From a virus: 64,000 bases of DNA. The notes below the pieces were generated by a model. It saw nothing but the letters and a program-made list of their open reading frames with translations. It did no database searches and was not told the DNA's origin. A program made the position numbers and the translations under genes. The number at the start of each line of letters is the position of its first letter. Position 1 is the stretch's first letter. Below, piece by piece: positions 29,301 through 36,713 of this stretch. The DNA lies in IMG/VR virus record IMGVR_UViG_3300045988_109836, one strand, 5' to 3'.

Positions 29301-29389
29301 CCCGTCTTCTGCCGGGAAAATCTGTGTCAATTCGTTTCCCCCGAAGGGGTCAGATATCGGGCATTGACCCTAATACGGTCTTTGCCCGA
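29301..29389 (-). other. GC-rich structured RNA region within the dnaE gap (three hairpins)
   Basis: Minus-strand hairpins are UCGGGCA-AA-GACC-loop-GGUC-AA-UGCCCGA (29357-29389), CCCC-UUCG-GGGG (29339-29349) and CCCG-loop-CGGG (29301-29316). Confidence 0.5.
29329..29355 (-). other. candidate recoding site: AUC-UGA-hairpin-AUU interrupting the catalytic SMPDIDTDF motif
   Basis: The minus strand reads atg ccc gat ATC TGA ccc ctt cgg ggg aaa cga ATT gac aca gat ttt. Deleting 24 nt restores SMPDIDTDF in frame. Confidence 0.45.
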
Positions 29390-29418
29390 CGCTTTATTTC
29401 AATATTTTTTACTTTCAT
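29350..29418 (-). CDS. dnaE: 22-codon micro-ORF MKVKNIEIKRRAKTVLGSMPDI*, a possible true start of the DnaE C-part
   Basis: ATG at 29416-29418. It ends with the first half of the DnaE catalytic motif, then a TGA. Confidence 0.4.
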   Translation of the reverse strand: MKVKNIEIKRRAKTVLGSMPDI

Positions 29419-29423
29419 ACAAA

Positions 29424-31019
29424 TTATTGGTTTATCAGTTCGTCACCTTCTTTTAATTCTTTGGCTCTGATTATCATTTTCTCACCGTTCCGGACAACCT
29501 TTATAAAGTCATTTCCGGATATTTCCTTTTCTCCGTTTATCGTCACTATCTCTTCCTCTTCATGTCGAATTAAACGACCCTTTGTCAAAAACCTACTAAA
29601 TAGCAATTCATATTCCAACGGATTTACTTTTACTATTCCAAGCAAATAAGATACGACACTTCCTCCGGCAGAGCCTCTCCCAAGTCCGACCAAAATGTTA
29701 TTGTCTCTTCCCCATCTGATAATATCCCTCAACATCAGAAAGTAGTCCACTACATCGCCTTCCTCAATGATGGATATTTCTGTGTTCAATCTCTCTGTTA
29801 GTTCTTCTTCGCTATATTTGTCTAATATTTCCGGGTGTTCTGCCAGTCCGTCAAATACAAGCGATTCAAACATTTCTGTATTAGAGGTATATTTCTTTTT
29901 CTCCTCTTCCGTCATTACATATTTGGGCGCATGTCTTACTTGTGTCTCCAACAAATAGTTGCAGTTTACCGATATGTAATTAAGATTTACCAAAGATTCT
30001 TCAAACAATCCGAAAAACTTATCCTCGTCTGGTATCAGCCTTGAAAGTTCTTCGTAATATTCCTGGTAATTCTTCATGTACTGATTATCACTCTCATAAT
30101 TCACTACCTTTGCCAGTCTATTAAGCTTTTCCCTTATAGGGGCATACCGTCTTTCAAGATACCAAGCATCACATACTGCCACGGGCTTATATACTCCTAC
30201 GAACTTTTTTAGATTGTCAAGATATTTTTTATCCCTGTCATTCTTCTTGTATTCCACCGTATCAAGCTGATAATAGGTATCATCCCATTTTCTTGACAAT
30301 ATAGGAAGGTTTTCAAACATACATGTTTTCGGGTCCAGTAACAAGAAACACCCGTCTTTCATTTCCTGTAATTCTTTTTCCGATATAAAACCTTTTTCAT
30401 CAACATTCAGAATTTTGTTTATCCTCAATAGATTGTCCCATCCTTCCTTATTCTTGACTATCAGTTTTACCGTATACCGCACATCCTTTTGCTCGTTGTA
30501 TACTGAAACCTCCATTCCGAATATAGGTCTTATTTCCGCATTAAGGCACGCATTCTGAAATTTGAACGCTGATGCAAGCGTATTCTTTTCGCATATTCCA
30601 AGCGCTTTTATCCCCAGGAATTTAGCCTTTTCCACCCAATCGGAATATGAGTGCATCCCGTTCATCAATTCAAAATTTCCATGTATACCTATATAGGTGT
30701 CAAACCTCAGACTTTCATCAAACAGATTTGCTTTTCCGATATACTGCAATCGGTTAAGTTTTACTTTATTCTCGTCTCCCTTTTTAAGGTAATACCATAC
30801 ATCACCGAACCGGAAGACGTAATTGTCGCATTCCGTCCTGTCTCCCACCCACTGGAACGAATCGTCAAAGAAAATTCCGTTATCTTCCTTGTCCCATTGG
30901 AAAGGTTCAAACAACTCGAATGTTTGCCCGTCAATCTCTATAATATTGTTATCTAAAGCATTGAAAGACAAAAAGTTATCCTCCAAATATTTGATTAAAT
31001 CTTTATACAACTCTTCCAT
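29424..31019 (-). CDS. dnaE: DNA polymerase III alpha (DnaE) N-terminal part (PHP region to RFL motif)
   Basis: GLGRGSAGGSVVSYLLGIVKVNPLEYELLFSRFL matches the conserved DnaE block that immediately precedes the catalytic PDxDxDF. A 49-aa non-DnaE tail then runs to a TAA. Confidence 0.85.
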   Translation of the reverse strand: MEELYKDLIKYLEDNFLSFNALDNNIIEIDGQTFELFEPFQWDKEDNGIFFDDSFQWVGDRTECDNYVFRFGDVWYYLKKGDENKVKLNRLQYIGKANLFDESLRFDTYIGIHGNFELMNGMHSYSDWVEKAKFLGIKALGICEKNTLASAFKFQNACLNAEIRPIFGMEVSVYNEQKDVRYTVKLIVKNKEGWDNLLRINKILNVDEKGFISEKELQEMKDGCFLLLDPKTCMFENLPILSRKWDDTYYQLDTVEYKKNDRDKKYLDNLKKFVGVYKPVAVCDAWYLERRYAPIREKLNRLAKVVNYESDNQYMKNYQEYYEELSRLIPDEDKFFGLFEESLVNLNYISVNCNYLLETQVRHAPKYVMTEEEKKKYTSNTEMFESLVFDGLAEHPEILDKYSEEELTERLNTEISIIEEGDVVDYFLMLRDIIRWGRDNNILVGLGRGSAGGSVVSYLLGIVKVNPLEYELLFSRFLTKGRLIRHEEEEIVTINGEKEISGNDFIKVVRNGEKMIIRAKELKEGDELINQ

Positions 31020-31030
31020 AATTTTAGGGT

Positions 31031-31066
31031 ATAAAAAGGGAGTGAAGCGTATTTACTTACACTCCC
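31031..31066 (-). terminator. rho-independent terminator immediately upstream of the dnaE start
   Basis: Stem GGGAGTG/CACTCCC (31038-31044 / 31060-31066), followed on the minus strand by TTTTTAT. The dnaE ATG is at 31019. Confidence 0.6.
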
Positions 31067-31100
31067 CGTGAAAAATCAAATCTAAATAAAAACGGCAAGT

Positions 31101-31460
31101 TTATGATTTGTCAAAATGGTTTCTACAGCAAACGGAAACAACGTTGTAATGCGTTCCCAGCTCTTTTGCAATCCGGCTGAATGACCGACCGTCATTCTTT
31201 GCAAGTTCTTCCCATACCTTATATGATATACTCCCTTTCTTGTACGGGTTTTCTCCTTTAGGTGAAAGATTGAACTTTTTCTTTACATACCCTTTTGGGG
31301 TGTTTACAGATACCTCCTTTGCATATTCTTCAAGCGTCTTTCCTTTTACTTCCAATCTTTCAATGACCTGTTGCAAAAGGTCTTCTTTTCTGAATCCGGA
31401 AACATTCTGCATTCCAAGCTTCCGACCGACATTTCTTAAAGTCAACAAAGAAAATTCCAT
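31101..31460 (-). CDS. putative DNA-binding protein (Rho-N/SAP-like N-terminus, HTH-like C-terminus)
   Basis: LRNVGRKLGMQNVSGFRKEDLLQQV resembles SAP/Rho-N motifs. RSFSRIAKELGTHYNVVSV is HTH-like. Confidence 0.45.
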   Translation of the reverse strand: MEFSLLTLRNVGRKLGMQNVSGFRKEDLLQQVIERLEVKGKTLEEYAKEVSVNTPKGYVKKKFNLSPKGENPYKKGSISYKVWEELAKNDGRSFSRIAKELGTHYNVVSVCCRNHFDKS

Positions 31461-31463
31461 ACA

Positions 31464-32048
31464 TCAGCCCTCCTTTTTTCCGAATACGGCATCTTTAATC
31501 TGCTGTACTCTTTCTTCCGTTGAACCGGAAACAGAAATGTAGGGTATTCCGTAATTATCGACAATCTGCTTTATTTTCCGGTCTATTTCTTTCTGGTATT
31601 CTTCATCTTCTGAACGGACCTCGTCACCTTGTAAACCGAACGAAATAGGAAGATAAACAAGCAACGGAAACTCGTATTTCCGCTTTACAATCTGACGCTT
31701 TTCTTTAAAGTCCTCTTCTGCAAGATTGTTATAATCCTTGTCTTTCGGGTTGCAATTGTCAAAGAGCCAAGAAGTATAGGCGTTCACATCAATAATACAC
31801 CTGTCACTTACAGAAGGTTGTCTCATGGCATCCTCCATTATTTGGGTGTATTTGTCGAATATTTTCTTTTGGGATTCGGAATTTCCTTCTTCATTAATGG
31901 TTATTTCTTCCTCCTCAACCATCGTTCTGACAACACCAGTATAAAATTTCCAGTTGTCAAATTCCGGTTCATTCTGTAAGGCTTTCAGTAGGGTTGTCTT
32001 CCCCGTTCCCTGTGCCCCCGTCATTAATATTTTGTCAAACTTTTTCAT
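31464..32048 (-). CDS. P-loop NTPase, nucleotide-kinase-like
   Basis: Walker A MTGAQGTGKTT at the N-terminus. About 190 aa. Confidence 0.6.
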   Translation of the reverse strand: MKKFDKILMTGAQGTGKTTLLKALQNEPEFDNWKFYTGVVRTMVEEEEITINEEGNSESQKKIFDKYTQIMEDAMRQPSVSDRCIIDVNAYTSWLFDNCNPKDKDYNNLAEEDFKEKRQIVKRKYEFPLLVYLPISFGLQGDEVRSEDEEYQKEIDRKIKQIVDNYGIPYISVSGSTEERVQQIKDAVFGKKEG

Positions 32049-32572
32049 CTATTGTCTCCTGCTCCGTGAATTTTACCACGTTGTTTACGTGAAAACAGTT
32101 TTTCTATATTTTGCTCTGCAATCTTTTCCGTATCAAGTCCTACGCGGTTAATCATGCTGTTTATTACCTTCCAAGCATTCTTCCAGGCTTCCAAAACGGC
32201 TTTCTTTCTTGCTTCCGGGAATACGTTCTGTTCGGCTTCCTTCCAGTCATCACGCAACCACTTTTTAACCTGGTCCGCAATCTTTCCAACTTCTACGGGC
32301 AAATCAAACACGCCTGCACCTTCTGCATTTGCCAAAGCTTCTTTCCAATCCCAGCCTTCAATGTCAAGATTGCACTCTTTACGAATCATGGCAAGGTACC
32401 AGAACATATCTCCGATTTCTTTAGAGATTTCTTCCGTTTCCGCCTCGTTATTGATTTTCTCGTAGGTTTCTCCCATCTCCGAACACAAACCAAGTGTTAC
32501 ATAGGACAAAGCCACTTTTTCATTATAGCAAGCTGTAGTAGCTGCCTTTTCTTCATACTCGAAATACGTCAT
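32045..32572 (-). CDS. mazG: MazG-like nucleoside triphosphate pyrophosphohydrolase
   Basis: LCSEMGETYEKI...EEISKEIGDMFWYLA matches the EExxE/D MazG helix pair. ATG at 32572. Confidence 0.7.
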   Translation of the reverse strand: MTYFEYEEKAATTACYNEKVALSYVTLGLCSEMGETYEKINNEAETEEISKEIGDMFWYLAMIRKECNLDIEGWDWKEALANAEGAGVFDLPVEVGKIADQVKKWLRDDWKEAEQNVFPEARKKAVLEAWKNAWKVINSMINRVGLDTEKIAEQNIEKLFSRKQRGKIHGAGDNR

Positions 32573-32639
32573 ATCTTTTATTTTTAATTGTGATGCAAAA
32601 TAAGAATTAAATTTTGAGATAAACAAATATTATCTCCAA

Positions 32640-33131
32640 TTATTTTAAATCTTTCATATCAATTTCTTCTAACCACCTCATTTTGAAGTAGGTATACGGA
32701 ATCTGTTCCGGTATGCCATCAATCCATATCACTACATTGTCGTCGTTCGGGTGATTTATCTTCACCTTATATTCCTTTCCCTTATATATCACCGGGGTAC
32801 CCGGTTTCAATAGGTGAAACCTATCCCAAAACATTACCGACTTTTTTGTTTTCTCCGAATACTGCAAGTTCGGCAACCCGTATTCCTGCAAAAATTCCTT
32901 CTGATAAAAACTTGAAAACGCATTGTCATTATCAAACATCGTTCCAAGACGGAACCTCTGTTTTAAATTCAGAATCTTTGCCTTCTTCTTTTCCGCAATA
33001 TCCTTGTATATCTTTACAAGTTCTACACTCTCTATACGATTGTAAACTATCGAACGCAATTTACAGCTTAAATACTCCAACTGCAAATTAAATACAAACT
33101 GTTCCAAACTGATTTTCCGTGATTTCTCCAT
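32640..33131 (-). CDS. hypothetical protein (163 aa)
   Basis: ATG at 33131 (MEKSRKISLEQ). Confidence 0.7.
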   Translation of the reverse strand: MEKSRKISLEQFVFNLQLEYLSCKLRSIVYNRIESVELVKIYKDIAEKKKAKILNLKQRFRLGTMFDNDNAFSSFYQKEFLQEYGLPNLQYSEKTKKSVMFWDRFHLLKPGTPVIYKGKEYKVKINHPNDDNVVIWIDGIPEQIPYTYFKMRWLEEIDMKDLK

Positions 33132-33189
33132 GTCCTTAATTTTGACTTCAAATCTAACAAAAATTAGGATAAATGGCAAAAAATCAACA

Positions 33190-34191
33190 CTATAAATGCT
33201 TGGTATAGTAATTAATCGGTTCTGTCATATTGTCAAGCGCCCATAGGAGTTCTTCTTGTGTCGCGTCCCCAGGGTCTTTCTTCTTGTCTTCCAGTTCAGC
33301 AATCTGCACATTGAAATATCTTTGCAAGGTCATTGATACCGTCTTAATCATTTCCGGCTTGTCCGGGTCATACATCAGAATCACGTTCCTTATACCGAGT
33401 TTATCCCTCAATAACCTTATCTGACTTAACCCCATATTGTTACCGAACGTAAACACGCACTTTATATCCGGTGATTCATAGAGGTGTAATTTCGTGTCTA
33501 CAGATATGTAGTCAAACATCCCCTCCACGATTATAACCGTGTCCGTCTCGTCCGTTATATTGTCATACCCTCCTATCACATGGGAAAACCCGTCTCGCGA
33601 ATTCTCGTACCTCAATACAAGCTTTTCTGTGCCCTCCTTGAACTTTTTCAAATTCTCCTCGTGCCATTCTTTGCTTTTCTTTGAACGTGCCAGCCATGCG
33701 GCTAACTTACCGTTCATAGTAAACTGGAATATGAACTTATCGTGCAGCTTTCTTTCGAGAAAAAACCTTGTTTCTGCCGGGCGAAATTCTTCGTAATATC
33801 TTTTTACAAACCCTCTTTTATCCAAATATTCGTCCTTCTCTATATATTCCAGTTTTTTAGGTAAAACACATTCCTTGATTTTCTCTATCGTTTCTTCCTC
33901 TTCTTCATTTATTAGAGGGGTCAATTTCTGCATTTTTACTGTGTTTTCATAATCCTGCTTTATAAGGTCCTTTCTTCCTATCTTTTCCAAGAACTTTTTT
34001 AAGGTGGTTTTTGTGCCACATTTGAAACAATGGAAAGCACCGTTATTCCCTGCCTCATTGAACTTTATACCCCATTTCCCCTTTTTATTGCAAAAAGGAC
34101 ATTCCTTGTTCCGGTCCTGCATGAAACCTTTTGCTCCGAACAAGGACAAATTCAGTTCGGATATTACTTCGTTTTTGTCAACTCTGAACAT
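33190..34191 (-). CDS. DnaG-type DNA primase (zinc finger plus TOPRIM)
   Basis: Motifs CPFCNKKG...HCFKCG, VIIVEGMFDYISV and ILMYDPD. Confidence 0.8.
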   Translation of the reverse strand: MFRVDKNEVISELNLSLFGAKGFMQDRNKECPFCNKKGKWGIKFNEAGNNGAFHCFKCGTKTTLKKFLEKIGRKDLIKQDYENTVKMQKLTPLINEEEEETIEKIKECVLPKKLEYIEKDEYLDKRGFVKRYYEEFRPAETRFFLERKLHDKFIFQFTMNGKLAAWLARSKKSKEWHEENLKKFKEGTEKLVLRYENSRDGFSHVIGGYDNITDETDTVIIVEGMFDYISVDTKLHLYESPDIKCVFTFGNNMGLSQIRLLRDKLGIRNVILMYDPDKPEMIKTVSMTLQRYFNVQIAELEDKKKDPGDATQEELLWALDNMTEPINYYTKHL

Positions 34192-34198
34192 CTTAAAC

Positions 34199-34345
34199 TT
34201 AAGCTCTTTCTAACGTTACTCGTTCGTTACCTCTTTTATAATTCTGATACCAAAAACAATCTGACGTTTTTACAAAACCTTGTGATTTAAGTTCTTTTTC
34301 TAACTTCCACATCTCTGAATTACTTTTGTACTGAATCGTTTTCAT
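34199..34345 (-). CDS. hypothetical small protein (48 aa, MKTIQYKSNSEMWKLEKELKSQGF...)
   Basis: Hand-translated ORF. It is preceded by the conserved leader AAGTCAAACAAATAAAAGATAAGGTT behind promoter copy 5. Confidence 0.5.
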   Translation of the reverse strand: MKTIQYKSNSEMWKLEKELKSQGFVKTSDCFWYQNYKRGNERVTLERA

Positions 34346-34402
34346 AACCTTATCTTTTATTTGTTTGACTTCTTGTTTCTTGCCTCCCTTAAGAAGACAC
34401 TA

Positions 34403-34467
34403 CAAAGATAAGATTATGTTATGACATACGCAAGTGCTTATGTCTAAATCATCTCTGTTTTAACATC
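34403..34467 (-). promoter_or_regulatory. conserved promoter-family copy 5
   Basis: -7 box TATCTTTG (34403-34410), palindrome at 34423-34444, and a GTTAA box inside the 3' end of the helicase gene. Confidence 0.65.
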
Positions 34468-35898
34468 ATTTTGCATTTCATTGTCTCCTTCCTTCTTTTT
34501 CCTCTTTTTCTTGTCAGAAGTAGAAGATGTGAAACCCTTATCGCCTCCGTAATATTCGGCTGTCAACGCCTTATCGCAAAAACGTCCCCTTCCGTAATCC
34601 GTCACAATAGGAAAGGTATCTTTTACTGTATCGTAATCGCGTACCTTATCCATATAGATACGCATCTTGTTTTGTTTCTTTTCCTCCCTTGTCCGGTTCC
34701 CGGTAAACACAAAAGAAAACGGCTTTACAAGCGTCCTGTCTCCTTCCGTATAGCTTCTGTCTATCACCTTGTCTGCATTATCCCATATTTCCAACGGCAC
34801 ATTCCCGGCTTGTGCTGCCGTGAATCCTACCATCTTAAACTCTACACATAAGTTTTTCAAAAGCTGTGCGCACGTCTGTAGCTTTTCTTTTTTGAATGTA
34901 GGGTTATTGTCCACAACACGATTTGTCCCGGTTGCTACAAGGTCCAAAGAATCCAATATCAATACATGCGGATAATAACCGTTTTTCTTATAATAGGATA
35001 TTATCACATTACGGACATCCACCATTGTAGCCTGTCCGAATTTTTCAAAAGAATATACGTCTATGTCCTTAGAATAGGATTTTATATTTTCAAACGCCTT
35101 GTCAAGCTTTTCTGCCAGCTTATCATCTATAACACCCTTTCGGATATTCCCGTATTTTTGCCCCGTCCAGAACTGGTCGTATCTTTCCAAGCACGCACGT
35201 GCTCCACCTTCCAACTGTATATGCAAGACCGGGTGTCCGTCAAAGGCTGCCTGCATGCCGTGATATCTCAATGCCGTGGATTTTCCCACGCCGGACCTCA
35301 TTATCCATAACACCGTATCTTCTATCGTGGCGCCGCCTTCCGAAATATCGTCTATCTTGTCAAGTCCGAACATTACACGTGACGGAATTTCCCCGTCTTC
35401 CTCTTCCCGTCTTCCCCTCATTCGCTTGTCAAAATCGGCAAAGACCTTTTGGAAACCGCCTGCCTCATGTCTTAATGATAGGGATAATATTCTTTGGCTC
35501 TCTTCCGCATTTACCCGTATAGCGTCTTCCTTCTTTCCTTCTTCGTACAAATCATGTACTTTTTTGGAAAGTAGCTGGAATTCCACGTCTTTAATGTACG
35601 CTTCCAACTGGTCTATAATGATTTCCTTATCTACTTTAGCGGCTGACTGTACAGCATCTACCGCCTCGATTACAAAATCGCTGTCAGCGTATTTTTGCGA
35701 AACAACACCTAAAGAAGGAACCTTATCTTTCTCTTTTAATACCTCTGTAGCTTCTTTTAATAGAAATTTGAATCCTGCCCACTCTTTGGGTATCAATTGA
35801 TAAGACAGATGATTTACCACTATCCGGGTAATACTCAAATCCATATATACAAGCTTGAATAATTCTGCCATAAATCCGGCAGACAACTTTTGAGCCAT
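34444..35898 (-). CDS. DnaB-like replicative helicase
   Basis: Walker A RSGVGKST, Walker B VLILDSLD, and a RecA-like C-terminal domain with an N-terminal helical domain. Confidence 0.8.
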   Translation of the reverse strand: MAQKLSAGFMAELFKLVYMDLSITRIVVNHLSYQLIPKEWAGFKFLLKEATEVLKEKDKVPSLGVVSQKYADSDFVIEAVDAVQSAAKVDKEIIIDQLEAYIKDVEFQLLSKKVHDLYEEGKKEDAIRVNAEESQRILSLSLRHEAGGFQKVFADFDKRMRGRREEEDGEIPSRVMFGLDKIDDISEGGATIEDTVLWIMRSGVGKSTALRYHGMQAAFDGHPVLHIQLEGGARACLERYDQFWTGQKYGNIRKGVIDDKLAEKLDKAFENIKSYSKDIDVYSFEKFGQATMVDVRNVIISYYKKNGYYPHVLILDSLDLVATGTNRVVDNNPTFKKEKLQTCAQLLKNLCVEFKMVGFTAAQAGNVPLEIWDNADKVIDRSYTEGDRTLVKPFSFVFTGNRTREEKKQNKMRIYMDKVRDYDTVKDTFPIVTDYGRGRFCDKALTAEYYGGDKGFTSSTSDKKKRKKKEGDNEMQNDVKTEMI

Positions 35899-35917
35899 TT
35901 TATTAGATTTTAGAAAT

Positions 35918-35939
35918 TAGGGCTACAAACATAGCCCTA
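35918..35939 (-). terminator. hairpin (possible terminator or attenuator) upstream of the helicase gene
   Basis: 8-bp stem TAGGGCTA/TAGCCCTA with a 6-nt loop. Confidence 0.4.
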
Positions 35940-35966
35940 TAATATGAAGAAAACAAATTGTTGTTG

Positions 35967-36131
35967 TTAAATCAATCCAACCGCTTTTCTTAAGAAATCT
36001 CCTGCATTCTCTACCGATACACCCAATTTCTTTTGTATTAGAGTTATCATTTCATTAACTTGTTCTTGTGAATCCAAATTCCCTTTTACAAACTCCATCA
36101 TGATGAACTTTTCTAAAACTCTTGCTTTCAT
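35967..36131 (-). CDS. hypothetical small protein (54 aa)
   Basis: ATG at 36131 (MKARVLEKF), preceded by the conserved leader AAGTCAAACAAGTAAAAGAAATAAGATT. Confidence 0.55.
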   Translation of the reverse strand: MKARVLEKFIMMEFVKGNLDSQEQVNEMITLIQKKLGVSVENAGDFLRKAVGLI

Positions 36132-36181
36132 AATCTTATTTCTTTTACTTGTTTGACTTATCATCTCTTAATCTCACAGTA

Positions 36182-36248
36182 CAAAGATAATATTATGTTA
36201 TGACATACGCAAGTGCGTATGTCTAAATTGTTAGTTATTTAACATCAT
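36182..36248 (-). promoter_or_regulatory. conserved promoter-family copy 6 (most perfect palindrome)
   Basis: -7 box TATCTTTG (36182-36189). The palindrome GACATACGCA-ct-TGCGTATGTC (36202-23) has perfect 10-bp arms. Confidence 0.65.
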
Positions 36249-36249
36249 T

Positions 36250-36711
36250 TCACAATAAAAGCAAGCCTATTACTAAAACAATAGTCATAATGAAAAATAT
36301 CAATGCAAGACATTTCCATATTTTTGCAGTAGCCTCCAAACCGTGTTTCCGCTTGTCAAACTCGCTTAACGCATAATTCAAAGCCTCGTCTTTCAGTCCT
36401 TTAAACTTATCATTCAAAGCCTCGGTTATATCGTCTGCGATAACATGCTTCACCTTTTCTGACACGGATTCCGGATATCCTCTTTCCTCATAGTTCAATT
36501 CACTCAACAAGTCATGATGAAATATATAAGGCATTCCGTTCACTTCATAGGAAAGTTTGATACCGCTTTCTTTGACGTATTTCAAGAACCTTTCCTCAGC
36601 AATCTCGTTTACCCTTTCCTGGTTAAATTCTGCCTTCTTCTTTATCTCATTAAAATATTCCTCGTCAACAATCACACAGTTGTTTTCAAGCTTCATTACA
36701 TGTGCTTCCAT
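36250..36711 (-). CDS. hypothetical protein with a C-terminal transmembrane helix (153 aa)
   Basis: ATG ORF. The C-terminus reads LALIFFIMTIVLVIGLLLL. Confidence 0.7.
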   Translation of the reverse strand: MEAHVMKLENNCVIVDEEYFNEIKKKAEFNQERVNEIAEERFLKYVKESGIKLSYEVNGMPYIFHHDLLSELNYEERGYPESVSEKVKHVIADDITEALNDKFKGLKDEALNYALSEFDKRKHGLEATAKIWKCLALIFFIMTIVLVIGLLLL

Positions 36712-36713
36712 AA

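Noticed and set aside
29350-29352. Genome-wide stop-codon reassignment (TGA to Trp or TAG to Gln, as in some gut phages) as the explanation for the in-frame TGA in dnaE
   Set aside because: ORFs of 10.2 kb, 5.4 kb and many of 1-2 kb are intact under the standard code, and no suppressor tRNA is visible in the window. An isolated, site-specific read-through remains possible and is listed as an alternative in the finding.
29332-29356. Hammerhead-ribozyme-like string CUGA-[CCCC UUCG GGGG]-GAAAC in the dnaE gap
   Set aside because: The conserved core requires CUGANGA before stem II. Here CUGA is followed directly by the stem (CUGACCCC), so G8 and A9 are missing. I could not find convincing stems I and III or a cleavage triplet.
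29350-29570. Naturally split intein (as in cyanobacterial DnaE) at the dnaE N/C junction
   Set aside because: The tail after FSRFLTKGR does not start with Cys or Ser and lacks a TxxH block. The 17 residues before SMPDI lack the C-terminal HN/Asn motif and are far too short for an Int-C.
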